Source: Phycisphaerae bacterium
GTDB lineage: Bacteria > Planctomycetota > Phycisphaerae > UBA1845 > Fen-1342
Direction: 5' to 3'
Assembly: GCA_963675745.2 (NCBI GenBank)
Contig: CAXXWX010000003.1
Location: 160,001 to 224,000 of the forward strand
Length of the DNA: 64,000 nt
Shown here: positions 30,693 through 40,157 of the stretch, one piece after another
Layout: every line of letters begins with the position of its first letter
Numbering within the stretch: the stretch's first letter is position 1
Translations under genes and position numbers: made by a program
Notes under the pieces: model-generated
What the model saw: only the letters and a program-made list of their open reading frames with translations
The model's database searches: none
What the model was told of the DNA's origin: nothing

Positions 30693-32162
30693 ATGAAGTG
30701 TCAACTCCATGTCATCCCAGCACTTGTATCCACGGCACTCCTCTCGGCGTCATGTGTCGCCTCAACGCCGCCCGCCGATATTGTCGCGGCCCCAGGATCA
30801 CAAAACCCGGTGCCGCATACCTTCAGTCCCGCGGACGAGGCGTTGCTCGACGAGGTCCAGTATGCGTGTTTCCAGTACTTCTGGAAAGAGGTCGGCCATC
30901 CCGCCCAACTTGCCAAGGATCGCTACAAGGGTTCGGTTGGCAGCATCGCCTCCACTGGCTTTCAGCTGTCGGCATTGCCCATCGGCGTCGAGCGCAAATG
31001 GATCACGCGCGCCGCTGGCGAACGTCGGGCGCGTACTGTGCTCCAATCACTCATCGGGCGCGATGACAACAAGCGCTTCGGTGTGTACATCCACTACCCG
31101 GATTTGAATACCGGCGGGATGTCGCACGAAGGGTATGAATTGCTTGCCAGCACCGTGGACCACGCGCTACTCATGGCCGGGGCGATCACCGCGGCGCAGT
31201 ACTTCGGCGGCGAGGTGCGGACGCTGACCGATCGTCTGGTGGCGGAGACGAACTGGAAGGCCTTCGCGGTCGCGCCCGGCGGGTTCCTGTCGATGGGTTG
31301 GAAGCCCGACGATCCCACGCGGATGCAAGGGCCCGGCAAGTTCCACAAGGCAATTTGGTCGTGGGCCAGCGACGAGGAGCTGCTTGTGTACTTCCTCGCG
31401 GTGGGCGCGCCGCGTCCGGCGTACGCCGTCGAGCCGGAGAAGTACTACCGCCTGAAGCGGCTTGTGAAGGGCCACAAGGACATGCCACCCTATGTCGTAT
31501 CGTGGGGCGGATCGCTGTTCAACTACATCTTCGCCCACTGCTGGATCAACTATCGCACGCTGGGGCCGGATGATCCAACGCGGTTCAAGGTCGATGCGCC
31601 ACGCGTGGATTGGTATGAGAATTCACGGCGAGCGGTGCTGACACATCGGCGGCGCTGCGTCGAGCAGGCGGCGCGGTTCGCGACGTTGGCCGCGGATCGC
31701 TGGGGACAGAGCGCGTGCGCGTCGCACAAGGGCTACCTGGTGCCGCAAGTTCGCCCGAACGGCAGCGACAAAGATGAGTGGTTCGGAGGCACGCTCGCAC
31801 CGTATGCCGCCGCGTCGGCACTCATGTTCACACCGGCCGAGAGCATGGCGGCGATTCGGGCGTTCCGCGAACTGCGCGGCGTTGATGGCAAGCCGTTCGC
31901 CTGGCGCGACCCGGCGCAAGGTGGCTACGGTTTTGTCGATTCGTTCAACCTCGACGAGCAACAGGCCAGTGACGACTACGTGGGGATTGACCAGGGGCCG
32001 ATGCTGCTGGGGATTGAGAATGCCCGCACGGGGCTAATCTGGGAATTATTCATGTCAGACCGGAACGTGCAGCGCTCCGTTCAGCGGCTGCGCCTCGGGG
32101 GAAGTAGCGTGTGTTATCGGTCGGTGGGCGGCGGCCACGGTCTAATCGTAGTTTGCAATTGA
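30693..32162 (+). CDS. GH144-like glucoamylase-family protein (probable lipoprotein/exported)
   Basis: YFWKE, SIASTGF, STVDHALLMAG, SLFNYIFAHCWI, YGFVDSFN, VGIDQGPMLLGIENARTGLIW. Confidence 0.85.
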   Translation: MKCQLHVIPALVSTALLSASCVASTPPADIVAAPGSQNPVPHTFSPADEALLDEVQYACFQYFWKEVGHPAQLAKDRYKGSVGSIASTGFQLSALPIGVERKWITRAAGERRARTVLQSLIGRDDNKRFGVYIHYPDLNTGGMSHEGYELLASTVDHALLMAGAITAAQYFGGEVRTLTDRLVAETNWKAFAVAPGGFLSMGWKPDDPTRMQGPGKFHKAIWSWASDEELLVYFLAVGAPRPAYAVEPEKYYRLKRLVKGHKDMPPYVVSWGGSLFNYIFAHCWINYRTLGPDDPTRFKVDAPRVDWYENSRRAVLTHRRRCVEQAARFATLAADRWGQSACASHKGYLVPQVRPNGSDKDEWFGGTLAPYAAASALMFTPAESMAAIRAFRELRGVDGKPFAWRDPAQGGYGFVDSFNLDEQQASDDYVGIDQGPMLLGIENARTGLIWELFMSDRNVQRSVQRLRLGGSSVCYRSVGGGHGLIVVCN

Positions 32163-32203
32163 CGTTCCGCAACGCGTGGATTACAATCATGAAAACGCTT
32201 TCA
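32159..32203 (+). promoter_or_regulatory. sigma70 promoter with LacI-type operator 2 (TGAAAACGCTTTCA) over the start site
   Basis: TTGACG (32159)-17 bp-TACAAT (32182); palindrome at 32190-32203. Confidence 0.8.
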
Positions 32204-32266
32204 ACCGACATCGTCCCGACCTAAGCCGTCCTTGCGCGGCCCCTTGCACAATCAGGATTTCGCGGT

Positions 32267-34690
32267 ATGAGTAGCATCGTGAGGGCGTCACGTGAATCGG
32301 ATGACCGTCTGGCTCGCCGCGCGGTTCGGAACCCGTATGGCGGATTCTCCATTGAGGGCAACGAGTTCCACATCACCGATTTCCGCACGCCACGTCCCTG
32401 GGTCAACATCATTGCCAACCCGCGCTTCGGACTGGCGGTAAGTCAGACCGGCAGCGGTTTCAGTTGGGTGGACAATGCCCAACTCGCGGCAATCACGCGC
32501 TGGGAGCAGGATCTCGTCCGTGACAACTCCGGCAAGTTTCTATACGTCCGCGACACAAAAACGGGCGAGGTCTGGTCGCTGTCGCCAGCCCCCACATGGC
32601 CGCGCTACGACGAGTACACGTGCCGGCACGGTATGGGTTACACAACCTTTGAGACGCGGTACGCTGACATTCGGGCCACATGGACCCTGTTCTGTCACGC
32701 CAGCGAGCCGGTGGAGTTCTGGCGGCTGACGCTCGAAAATCACAGCGGCAGACCGCGGCGACTCGAGCTATGCGCATACCAGGAGTGGTGCTGCGGTGTC
32801 GCACCCTCGCCGCGACGGGAATTCCACAAGCTGTTCCTGGAGACCGAGTTCGACGCCGCGCGCGGGGCAATCTTCGCATGCAACCACATGTGGGAGGTCC
32901 CGACCGAGCACCATGGCCATTGGAACACGGGCTTTCCGTACGTCAGCGCGCTAGCATGCACCGACGCGGTGCTCTCCGCGACCGGCGACAAAGGGGCGTT
33001 TCTGGGGCGCAATGGCGACGCGCGCTCGCCGGAGGCGCTCGCGCAGGATCTGTGGCGGCCCAAGTTCGGACGCCACGAAGATGCGGTGGCGGCGCTGCGC
33101 CTGGAGGTCGAATTGCGGCGCGACGAACGGCATGAGCTGGGATTCGTGTTGGCAGTTGGCGCCTCGCGCGCGGACGTCGAGCAAACACTGTCGCGGACGC
33201 GCGACGTGGCCGTGCTCGATCGGTCGCTGGAGGATGTGCGGGTTCAGTGGCAGGCGCGTTTGGCCCACCATCGCGTCGAGCTCCCGGAAGCGTCGCTCAC
33301 CTACCTGACGAACGATTGGCTGCGCTATCAGGCGATCGCGGGTCGCATCTGGGGGCGCTGTGGCTACTACCAGCAGAGCGGCGCGATTGGCTACCGCGAT
33401 CAGTTGCAGGACGCGCAGGTCTGGCTGACCATCGATCCGTCCCACTGCCGCACGCAGATCAACACCCATGCCGCCCACCAGTTCGCCGACGGATCCGTGT
33501 ATCACTGGTGGCACCCACTGTCAGAGCAGGGCTTGGTCACGCGCATGACGGACGATCTGCTCTGGCTGGCGTTCGTGACCGCCAACTACATCCGCGAAAC
33601 TGGCAAACTCGATATTCTGTATGACGAGACGCCCTTCCTCGACGACAAGACGCCGAGTTCGCTGCTCGAACACGTGCGCCGAGCATTCGCGCGGGCGTTC
33701 CAGCGGACGAGTTCGCGTGGGTTGCCGCACATTGGGGCCGGTGATTGGAACGACGGGCTCAGCGCCGTGGGCCTTCACGAGCGTGGTGAGTCCATCTGGC
33801 TGGGGCATTTTCTTGCGGGCCTGCTGGCCGACTGGGCGGGAATCTACCGGCGCGTCGGTAACGAGCGGGGCGCCGCCGACCTCGACGCGCGCCGGGCGGC
33901 GCTCGTCACCGCACTCAACACGCATGGCTGGGACGGGCAATGGTATTTGCGGGCGACGCTGGATGATGGTTCGACGCTGGGCAGTTCCGAAGGCGAAGCC
34001 GGACGTATCTTTCTGAATGCGCAGACGTGGGCAATCTTGAACGACGTCGCGCCGCCCGATCGCGCCCGGGCCTGCTGGGACGCGGTTTGCCGGCATCTGA
34101 TCAGTGAGGCGGGGGCCCTGCTGCTGGCCCCGGCGTTTGAAGCGCCCGACCGGCGCGTCGGCTACATCACGCGCTATGGCCCGGGGCTGCGCGAGAACGG
34201 CGGCGTCTATACGCATGCGGCGACATGGGCGATAGCGGCGGCGTGCAAGATGCGTGATACACAGCGCGTGGGCGAATTGCTGACCGCGATCAATCCCGCA
34301 CTCAAGGACCCCGAGCGGTACTGGGCTGAGCCGTACGTCCTGCCCGGCAACGTTGACGGGCCGCAGTCGCCGCACCACGGTCGCGCCGGGTGGACCTGGT
34401 ACACCGGTTCGGCGGCGTGGCTACATCGCGTGATCAGTGAGTGGGTGCTGGGTGTGCGGCCGGAATGGGACGGGCTGCGGATCGCGCCGTGTCTTCCGCC
34501 CGGGTGGAAGCATGCCAGCATGCAGCGTCCTTATCGCGGTGCGACGCTCGACATCACGATCGATCGACAGGATGGCGCATCGGCGGACCGCAACGTGTCG
34601 GTGACGCTGGATGGCAAGACGCTGGATGACAACCTCGTACCGGCGGCGAGGTTGATACCGGGGGCGCACACGATCGCGGTGACCTACTAG
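32267..34690 (+). CDS. GH94 glycoside phosphorylase
   Basis: TPRPWVN, RHGMGYT, YQQSGAIGYRDQLQD, DDLLWL, GDWNDG, GESIW, RENGGVYTHAA, WTWYTGSA. Confidence 0.92.
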   Translation: MSSIVRASRESDDRLARRAVRNPYGGFSIEGNEFHITDFRTPRPWVNIIANPRFGLAVSQTGSGFSWVDNAQLAAITRWEQDLVRDNSGKFLYVRDTKTGEVWSLSPAPTWPRYDEYTCRHGMGYTTFETRYADIRATWTLFCHASEPVEFWRLTLENHSGRPRRLELCAYQEWCCGVAPSPRREFHKLFLETEFDAARGAIFACNHMWEVPTEHHGHWNTGFPYVSALACTDAVLSATGDKGAFLGRNGDARSPEALAQDLWRPKFGRHEDAVAALRLEVELRRDERHELGFVLAVGASRADVEQTLSRTRDVAVLDRSLEDVRVQWQARLAHHRVELPEASLTYLTNDWLRYQAIAGRIWGRCGYYQQSGAIGYRDQLQDAQVWLTIDPSHCRTQINTHAAHQFADGSVYHWWHPLSEQGLVTRMTDDLLWLAFVTANYIRETGKLDILYDETPFLDDKTPSSLLEHVRRAFARAFQRTSSRGLPHIGAGDWNDGLSAVGLHERGESIWLGHFLAGLLADWAGIYRRVGNERGAADLDARRAALVTALNTHGWDGQWYLRATLDDGSTLGSSEGEAGRIFLNAQTWAILNDVAPPDRARACWDAVCRHLISEAGALLLAPAFEAPDRRVGYITRYGPGLRENGGVYTHAATWAIAAACKMRDTQRVGELLTAINPALKDPERYWAEPYVLPGNVDGPQSPHHGRAGWTWYTGSAAWLHRVISEWVLGVRPEWDGLRIAPCLPPGWKHASMQRPYRGATLDITIDRQDGASADRNVSVTLDGKTLDDNLVPAARLIPGAHTIAVTY

Positions 34691-34867
34691 CAGCGAGCAC
34701 ACAGTCAGAGCCCGAGCGGATGCGCGGGCGTATTCGCGGTTGGTCTGGGACATTTTGCCACCACCTCCAAAGGACTTGCCACGATTCTTCGCTGATAGCT
34801 GACAGCTGACAGCACTGTGCCCGCTTGCTTCTGCTCGGGCTCAGACCTTCCTTCCGCGAGGTCGCCG

Positions 34868-36709
34868 ATGATTTCCCTTCGTAGTCGACTGGCGTCTCTG
34901 ACCATCGTCTCACTCATGGTTGCCGTGGGATCGCGTGGAGGCGCCACACAGTGGCCGGTCGTGCAGGCGGAAGATGAGGAATATCTGCGTGGCGTGGCGG
35001 TGGACACTTGGGCGTGTATCGCGCACTTTGTCGAACCGACCACGGGATTGCCATTCGACAGCAGCAAGCGCGCTGAGCACAGCTCGGTCTCGAATCTCGG
35101 CTATTACGCGGCAAGTTGCGCCGCGGCGGCGGAGATGGAGCTCATGTCGCGTGAGGAGGCCACGCGGCGCGTCCGGCGCGTACTCGATGGATATCGCCGC
35201 TTCCAGCACTGGAACGGGTTCTCGCAGTCATGGAACAACGTCCACACGCTTAAGCCGGCACCACATGACACGATGATCTCGCTGTTGGACTCGGCGAACA
35301 TGGTGGCCGGCTTCGTGGTCGCGGGGCAGCTTCTGCCGGATGTGCGTGCGGATGTTGGTCAGGTTCTCAGTGCGATGGACTGGAAGCCCTTTCACGATGC
35401 GGCGGACGGTCGGCTGTTCGGCGGGTATGACATGGCGCGGGGGCGGATCGATCGCGGCTGGCACATCGGAGACTACGCCGGCGACGGGCGCTTGGCGGCG
35501 TTCTGGGCGATCGCGGTGGGCGCCGCGCCGCCCGGGTCATGGGAGAAGCTCGGGCGCGAGACCGAAACGCATTTTGGACTGGAGATCTACAAGCCGGCGT
35601 GGTTGGGTGGTGGGCTGTTCATGCAGGTGCAGGATGGTCTGTTCCTGGATGAGCGTTGCACGCCGGCGGGTCGCTCCGCAGCCGATTTCGCGTATGTACA
35701 AATGCTGTTTGCGCGGCAGCAGAAGTTGCCCGCGTGGGGTTGGTCAGCGTGCTGCGCGCCGGATGGCGAGTATCTTGGGTGGTGTGGGTTGAAGGTGTCC
35801 GTGGTCACGCCGCACGCGGCGGGGATGGCGGCGAACTTCTATCCGCACAAGGCCGCCGAGTGTTTGCGCGAGTTGGAGAAGTGGGGCGCGCGAACGCCGT
35901 TTGAGGAGCACGGCAGGCAGCTCAAGCTCGGCTTTCGCGATTCGATCGACCTCGACAGCGGTGTCGTGTGTGATCGCTACCTGCCACCGCTGGATCAGGC
36001 AATGATGTTCCTCGCGCTGGCCAACGCGCTCGAGGATCGCGTTGTGCAGCGGGCGTTCATGTCGCATCCGGTGGTTCGCACGGGCTGCACGCGTATCGCC
36101 GAGTATTCGAAACAGGTGGATGACGCGTGGCTAGCGGAGCTTCAGCGGCGCGATATTAAGCCGCTGCGTGTTCCCGACGCAGGCGGGCGCGGCGGCCCGG
36201 CGCGCGTGGTCATCGATGACTTTGAGCGGGCCGAGGCCACGACTAACCTGCTTGGTGCGGCGAACAGCGTCTGGACGCGCGACGCTGACGATGACACGGT
36301 GACAATCGGGATGCGGCACGAGACTCTCGAGCAGGGTGGCAAACGCTCGGGCTGTCTGCGTGTTGATTACGACGTGGAGTCGCCGAACCCGGCGTACGGC
36401 GGCGTGACGCTGAGTCTCGGGCATGCGAACGGCTCCGGATGCAATCTGCTGACGCTGCGGGCACGCGGGTTGCCGGATCGGACAAAGGTCGAACTGCATG
36501 GGCGTGGCGGATCGGGGGCGGTCCGCGTGCGTGTGAAGGATGCGGGGCAATGGACGGACATCGAGCTGCGCTACCGTGACTTCGGCATGATCACAGACTG
36601 GTCAGATCTCGATCGACTCGTCATCGTGTTCGAGGACAACGTGTCGAAGCCAAAGGTCGGCACCGTCTGGCTCGACGATATTGAGTTGATGCGTGGTGAA
36701 TCGAAGTGA
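34868..36709 (+). CDS. exported GH144-like/DUF3131 protein with C-terminal CBM11-like domain
   Basis: Signal peptide; TGLPFDS...SVSNLG, ISLLDSAN, WLGGGLFM, VVTPHAA, GFRDSID, LDQAMM; C-terminal VIDDFE...GTVWLDDIEL beta-sandwich. Confidence 0.78.
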   Translation: MISLRSRLASLTIVSLMVAVGSRGGATQWPVVQAEDEEYLRGVAVDTWACIAHFVEPTTGLPFDSSKRAEHSSVSNLGYYAASCAAAAEMELMSREEATRRVRRVLDGYRRFQHWNGFSQSWNNVHTLKPAPHDTMISLLDSANMVAGFVVAGQLLPDVRADVGQVLSAMDWKPFHDAADGRLFGGYDMARGRIDRGWHIGDYAGDGRLAAFWAIAVGAAPPGSWEKLGRETETHFGLEIYKPAWLGGGLFMQVQDGLFLDERCTPAGRSAADFAYVQMLFARQQKLPAWGWSACCAPDGEYLGWCGLKVSVVTPHAAGMAANFYPHKAAECLRELEKWGARTPFEEHGRQLKLGFRDSIDLDSGVVCDRYLPPLDQAMMFLALANALEDRVVQRAFMSHPVVRTGCTRIAEYSKQVDDAWLAELQRRDIKPLRVPDAGGRGGPARVVIDDFERAEATTNLLGAANSVWTRDADDDTVTIGMRHETLEQGGKRSGCLRVDYDVESPNPAYGGVTLSLGHANGSGCNLLTLRARGLPDRTKVELHGRGGSGAVRVRVKDAGQWTDIELRYRDFGMITDWSDLDRLVIVFEDNVSKPKVGTVWLDDIELMRGESK

Positions 36710-36829
36710 TGGTGCCGCGCGTGACGCAGCCACACTTAGCGTCAGGCCTCTGCGCCTGACGTTTCGCTGTAGTGCCGACGGAAGACGTCGGGCACGGGGC
36801 CTGACGCTACAGGGGGGTTTGATCGGGGG

Positions 36830-37678
36830 CTACCCTTTCAAGCCCGTTGTCGAGATGCCACGGATGAAAGTACGCTGGGCGAAAAGGAACAGGATCACGA
36901 CGGGCAGGATGATGAGCGTTGCGGCCGCCATGAGTTGATTCCAGGGTGTGTCGCCGGCTCTGCTCTGGAGGAATTGCAGACCCAGCGCCAGCGTGAACTG
37001 CTCCTGGTGCGAGAGGTAGATCAGCGGGCCGACGAGGTCGTTCCAGACGGCGAGGCAGTGGAACAGGGCGACGACCGCCAGCGCGGGGCGCGAGAGCGGC
37101 AGGATGATCAACCAGAAGCAGCCCCAGCGTGAACAGCCGTCGAGCATCGCCGATTCCTCGAGGTCCTTCGGGATGCCCATGAAGAATTGCCGTAGGAGAA
37201 AGATGTTGAACGCGGCGCCGAACCACGCCGGCACCCAGAGCGGCAGAAACGTCCCGACCCAGCCGAGCTTCTGAAAGATTATGTACTGCGGCACCATGAT
37301 GACGGGGAAGGGGATCATCATCGTCGCGAGGCATATGCCGAACATCAGGTTGCGGCCGCGGAACTGAATGCGCGCGAAACCATAGGCGGCGATGGCGCTG
37401 GCGAGCACCATGCCGACGAGGCTGAGGGCCGCGATGATGAGCGTGTTGCGGGCGTAAAGCGCGAAGTCGAAGCTGTCCGAGCGCACCACCTGCTGGTATG
37501 CCAGCAGTTGCGGATTCTCGGGGATGATATTGGGGTGGCGCAGTTCGTCCGGCGGCTTGATACTGACGCTGAACATCCAGACCAGTGGAAGCACGAACAG
37601 GCCGGCGACGATGCACAGCAGTGCGTAAACCACCAGCCGGCTGCGCAACTTGCGATAACGTGTCTGCCTCGTAGGCAA
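36830..37678 (-). CDS. carbohydrate ABC transporter permease (MalG-like)
   Basis: EAA motif IPKDLEESAMLDG, WNDL, FIRGI. Confidence 0.93.
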   Translation of the reverse strand: MPTRQTRYRKLRSRLVVYALLCIVAGLFVLPLVWMFSVSIKPPDELRHPNIIPENPQLLAYQQVVRSDSFDFALYARNTLIIAALSLVGMVLASAIAAYGFARIQFRGRNLMFGICLATMMIPFPVIMVPQYIIFQKLGWVGTFLPLWVPAWFGAAFNIFLLRQFFMGIPKDLEESAMLDGCSRWGCFWLIILPLSRPALAVVALFHCLAVWNDLVGPLIYLSHQEQFTLALGLQFLQSRAGDTPWNQLMAAATLIILPVVILFLFAQRTFIRGISTTGLKG

Positions 37679-37681
37679 AAT

Positions 37682-38656
37682 CTATGCTCCGCGGTAGTGA
37701 ACCGCTCGCCGGCTGACGAGGAACACCAGCCCGGTCAACCCGACGATGATCAGCAGTTGAATCCACGCCATCGCGCTCGCATAGCCCATCCTCAGATAGC
37801 GGAACGCGTTGTCGAACAGGTACATCGTGTAGAAGTACGTCGAGTCGTTCGGGCCGGAGCCCGTGCGCCACATCACGTACGGCAGCGCGAAGATCTGCCA
37901 TGTACCGATGATGCCGACCACCACGTTGAAGAGGATCACGGGGCTGAGGCCGGGCAGGGTCACGTGCCGGAAACCTTGCCAGCGCGAGGCGCCGTCGAGT
38001 TCGGCGGCCTCGTAGAGCGTCTCCGGGATTTCCTGCAAGCCGGCGAGATAGATCACGACGGGCGACCCGAGCAACCACATGCTGATGATGACCAGCGCGA
38101 GCATGGCCCAGCGCGGCTGACTGAGCCAGCCGGGGCCCTCGGCGAGATCCTGGCCCAGGCTGGCGATGGGCTCCGTAAGTTCGCTCTTGCCCGTGGCGTC
38201 GTGCAGGGCGCTTGTGACGGGCTCCACGAGCTGTCCGAGGGGCCGGATCGCCTGGTTCACCAGGCCGGCCTCGGGGCTGAGCATCCACATCCACATCACT
38301 CCGACGGCCACCAGCGGCACGATCGTCGGCAGGAAGATACAAGCCCGGAAAACGGCCTGGCCGCGTGCTTCCTGGTTGAGCAGCACCGCGAGCAGGACGG
38401 CGACCATCGTCCCGAGCGGGATCGCGATGGCAGCGAAGAGCAGCGTATTGCGAATCACCGCATGGAACTTGGCATCCTGCATCAGATTGCTGTAGTTCTC
38501 GCCGCCGATGAAGACCGGCGATTCGAGCAGTGGATAGTCGCAGAAGCTGATGTAGAGCGAGAGTCCCATCGGTAGCGCCAGGAACAGCAGGAAGCCCAGC
38601 CACCAGGGGGCCGTCCACAACAGACCGCTGAGCCAGGCTGGCCAGGATTGCCTCAC
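37682..38656 (-). CDS. carbohydrate ABC transporter permease (MalF-like)
   Basis: YLAGLQEIPETLYEAAELDGA, GYASAMAW. Confidence 0.93.
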   Translation of the reverse strand: MRQSWPAWLSGLLWTAPWWLGFLLFLALPMGLSLYISFCDYPLLESPVFIGGENYSNLMQDAKFHAVIRNTLLFAAIAIPLGTMVAVLLAVLLNQEARGQAVFRACIFLPTIVPLVAVGVMWMWMLSPEAGLVNQAIRPLGQLVEPVTSALHDATGKSELTEPIASLGQDLAEGPGWLSQPRWAMLALVIISMWLLGSPVVIYLAGLQEIPETLYEAAELDGASRWQGFRHVTLPGLSPVILFNVVVGIIGTWQIFALPYVMWRTGSGPNDSTYFYTMYLFDNAFRYLRMGYASAMAWIQLLIIVGLTGLVFLVSRRAVHYRGA

Positions 38657-40014
38657 GGCGTTGGGCTCCCGACTTGCTCGCCGCGACGCAGGGCGGCCAT
38701 GCGTTGATGTTCGGCAACGATGGCGTCGACACGGCGCTGGGCCGCGCTGACCTCGGCTCGGGGGTCGAGCCGGCCGCCCAGGATGTTCTCATGCATCTTC
38801 TTGAGTTCGTCGGTGGCCATGGGCCAGGTCGGCATCTGCGGATAGCCGAAGGCCTGGGGCGATGAGGCCAACTCGTCGAACACGCGGATGAACGGATTGG
38901 TGTGCGCGGCGTGGAAGTCGGCGCCGGGCGTGCGAAACGGGGAGATTTTGCCATGCTCGCGGCAAAGACGCTCCAGGACGTCCTGCCGCAACACGTATTC
39001 CAGGAAGATCACCGCCTCGTGTGGGTGGCGCGCACCGGTCGGGATCACGAAGAGATCCGTGCTGGCAAACGCGCGGTGCAGGTCGGCGCGGACCGAGGGG
39101 AACGGCGCGACGGCGTAGTCCAGGTTGGGCGTGTACTTGTTGATCCAGTTCGAGAGCCAGGGGCCCTGGAAGACCATCGCCAGGCGCTCGTCGAGAAACG
39201 GGTTCTGCGCGCCCTCAATTGCGCCCATCGTGCCCTCGAATCTCAGAACGGCGGGCAGGCCCAGCGCTTGGCGTCGCTGCGCCAGCCAATCCGCCGCCCC
39301 GCGCCCGGCGTCCGTGTCAATCATGAAGTGCCGGCCGTCCCACATGTGGGCGTCAAAGAAGCAGGGCCAGATCCAGTGCCACCATCCCAACATGCCAGGC
39401 GAGGTGGTGAAGCCGAGCTGCACGATCCGTTCGCGTGTCTCGGGGTTCTCGTAGCGCGTCAGGCAACGGGCGTATTCGTTCACCTCGGCCGTCGTCCGAG
39501 GCGGCCGGTTTGGGTCGAGACCGGCCTCGCGGAACAGTCGGCGGTTGTAGTACAGACCGATGGTGAACGGCGTGCTCGGCAGCGCGTAGAGTGTGCCGTC
39601 GTACCGCCCGATCTGGAGCCAGATCGGTTTGAAAGCGTCGAGGTCGATCGATGTTCCGGCGATGACCTCTTCGAGTGGCATCAGGGCGCCGCGGTCGGCG
39701 AACTGCGGGATGATGTAGTCGAACAGGCCGGCGACGTCGGGCGGGTCGCCGCCCGCGGTCGCTATCAACATGCGTTGGTCGACGTTGCTGACCGAGTTGT
39801 AGTCGACCCAGATGTCGTGTTCGGCGCCGACAGTCGCGTTGAATTCATCAACGATGCGCTGCATGGCGAGCGCCTCGACGCCCGACCATTTTTCCCAATA
39901 GTGAACGACTGTCCGGTGCGGAGGTACATCAACCTGCCCGCGCGGTCCAAACAACAAAAGCCCGGCGGCGGGGATACCGAGGATGATGAGCAGAATTGCG
40001 CCTCGCACACTCAT
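38653..40014 (-). CDS. carbohydrate ABC transporter substrate-binding protein
   Basis: AGGDPPDV, YDGTLYALP, LYYNRRLF, AMVFQGPW; N-terminal hydrophobic anchor. Confidence 0.9.
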   Translation of the reverse strand: MSVRGAILLIILGIPAAGLLLFGPRGQVDVPPHRTVVHYWEKWSGVEALAMQRIVDEFNATVGAEHDIWVDYNSVSNVDQRMLIATAGGDPPDVAGLFDYIIPQFADRGALMPLEEVIAGTSIDLDAFKPIWLQIGRYDGTLYALPSTPFTIGLYYNRRLFREAGLDPNRPPRTTAEVNEYARCLTRYENPETRERIVQLGFTTSPGMLGWWHWIWPCFFDAHMWDGRHFMIDTDAGRGAADWLAQRRQALGLPAVLRFEGTMGAIEGAQNPFLDERLAMVFQGPWLSNWINKYTPNLDYAVAPFPSVRADLHRAFASTDLFVIPTGARHPHEAVIFLEYVLRQDVLERLCREHGKISPFRTPGADFHAAHTNPFIRVFDELASSPQAFGYPQMPTWPMATDELKKMHENILGGRLDPRAEVSAAQRRVDAIVAEHQRMAALRRGEQVGSPTP

Positions 40015-40046
40015 GGTCGTCGTAACCCAAGGTACCGCACTATGCG

Positions 40047-40099
40047 TGGCACGGGCATCCTGCCTGTCAGGATCCAAGGGCAAGATGCCCGTGCCGCCC
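40047..40099. repeat. REP-like inverted doublet
   Basis: GGCACGGGCATCCTGCC ... GGGCAAGATGCCCGTGCC, intergenic. Confidence 0.65.
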
Positions 40100-40157
40100 A
40101 GAATGCGGCCCACCCTAAACAGAACTCAAACGGCGCGGGCAACAGCGCGCGCCGACA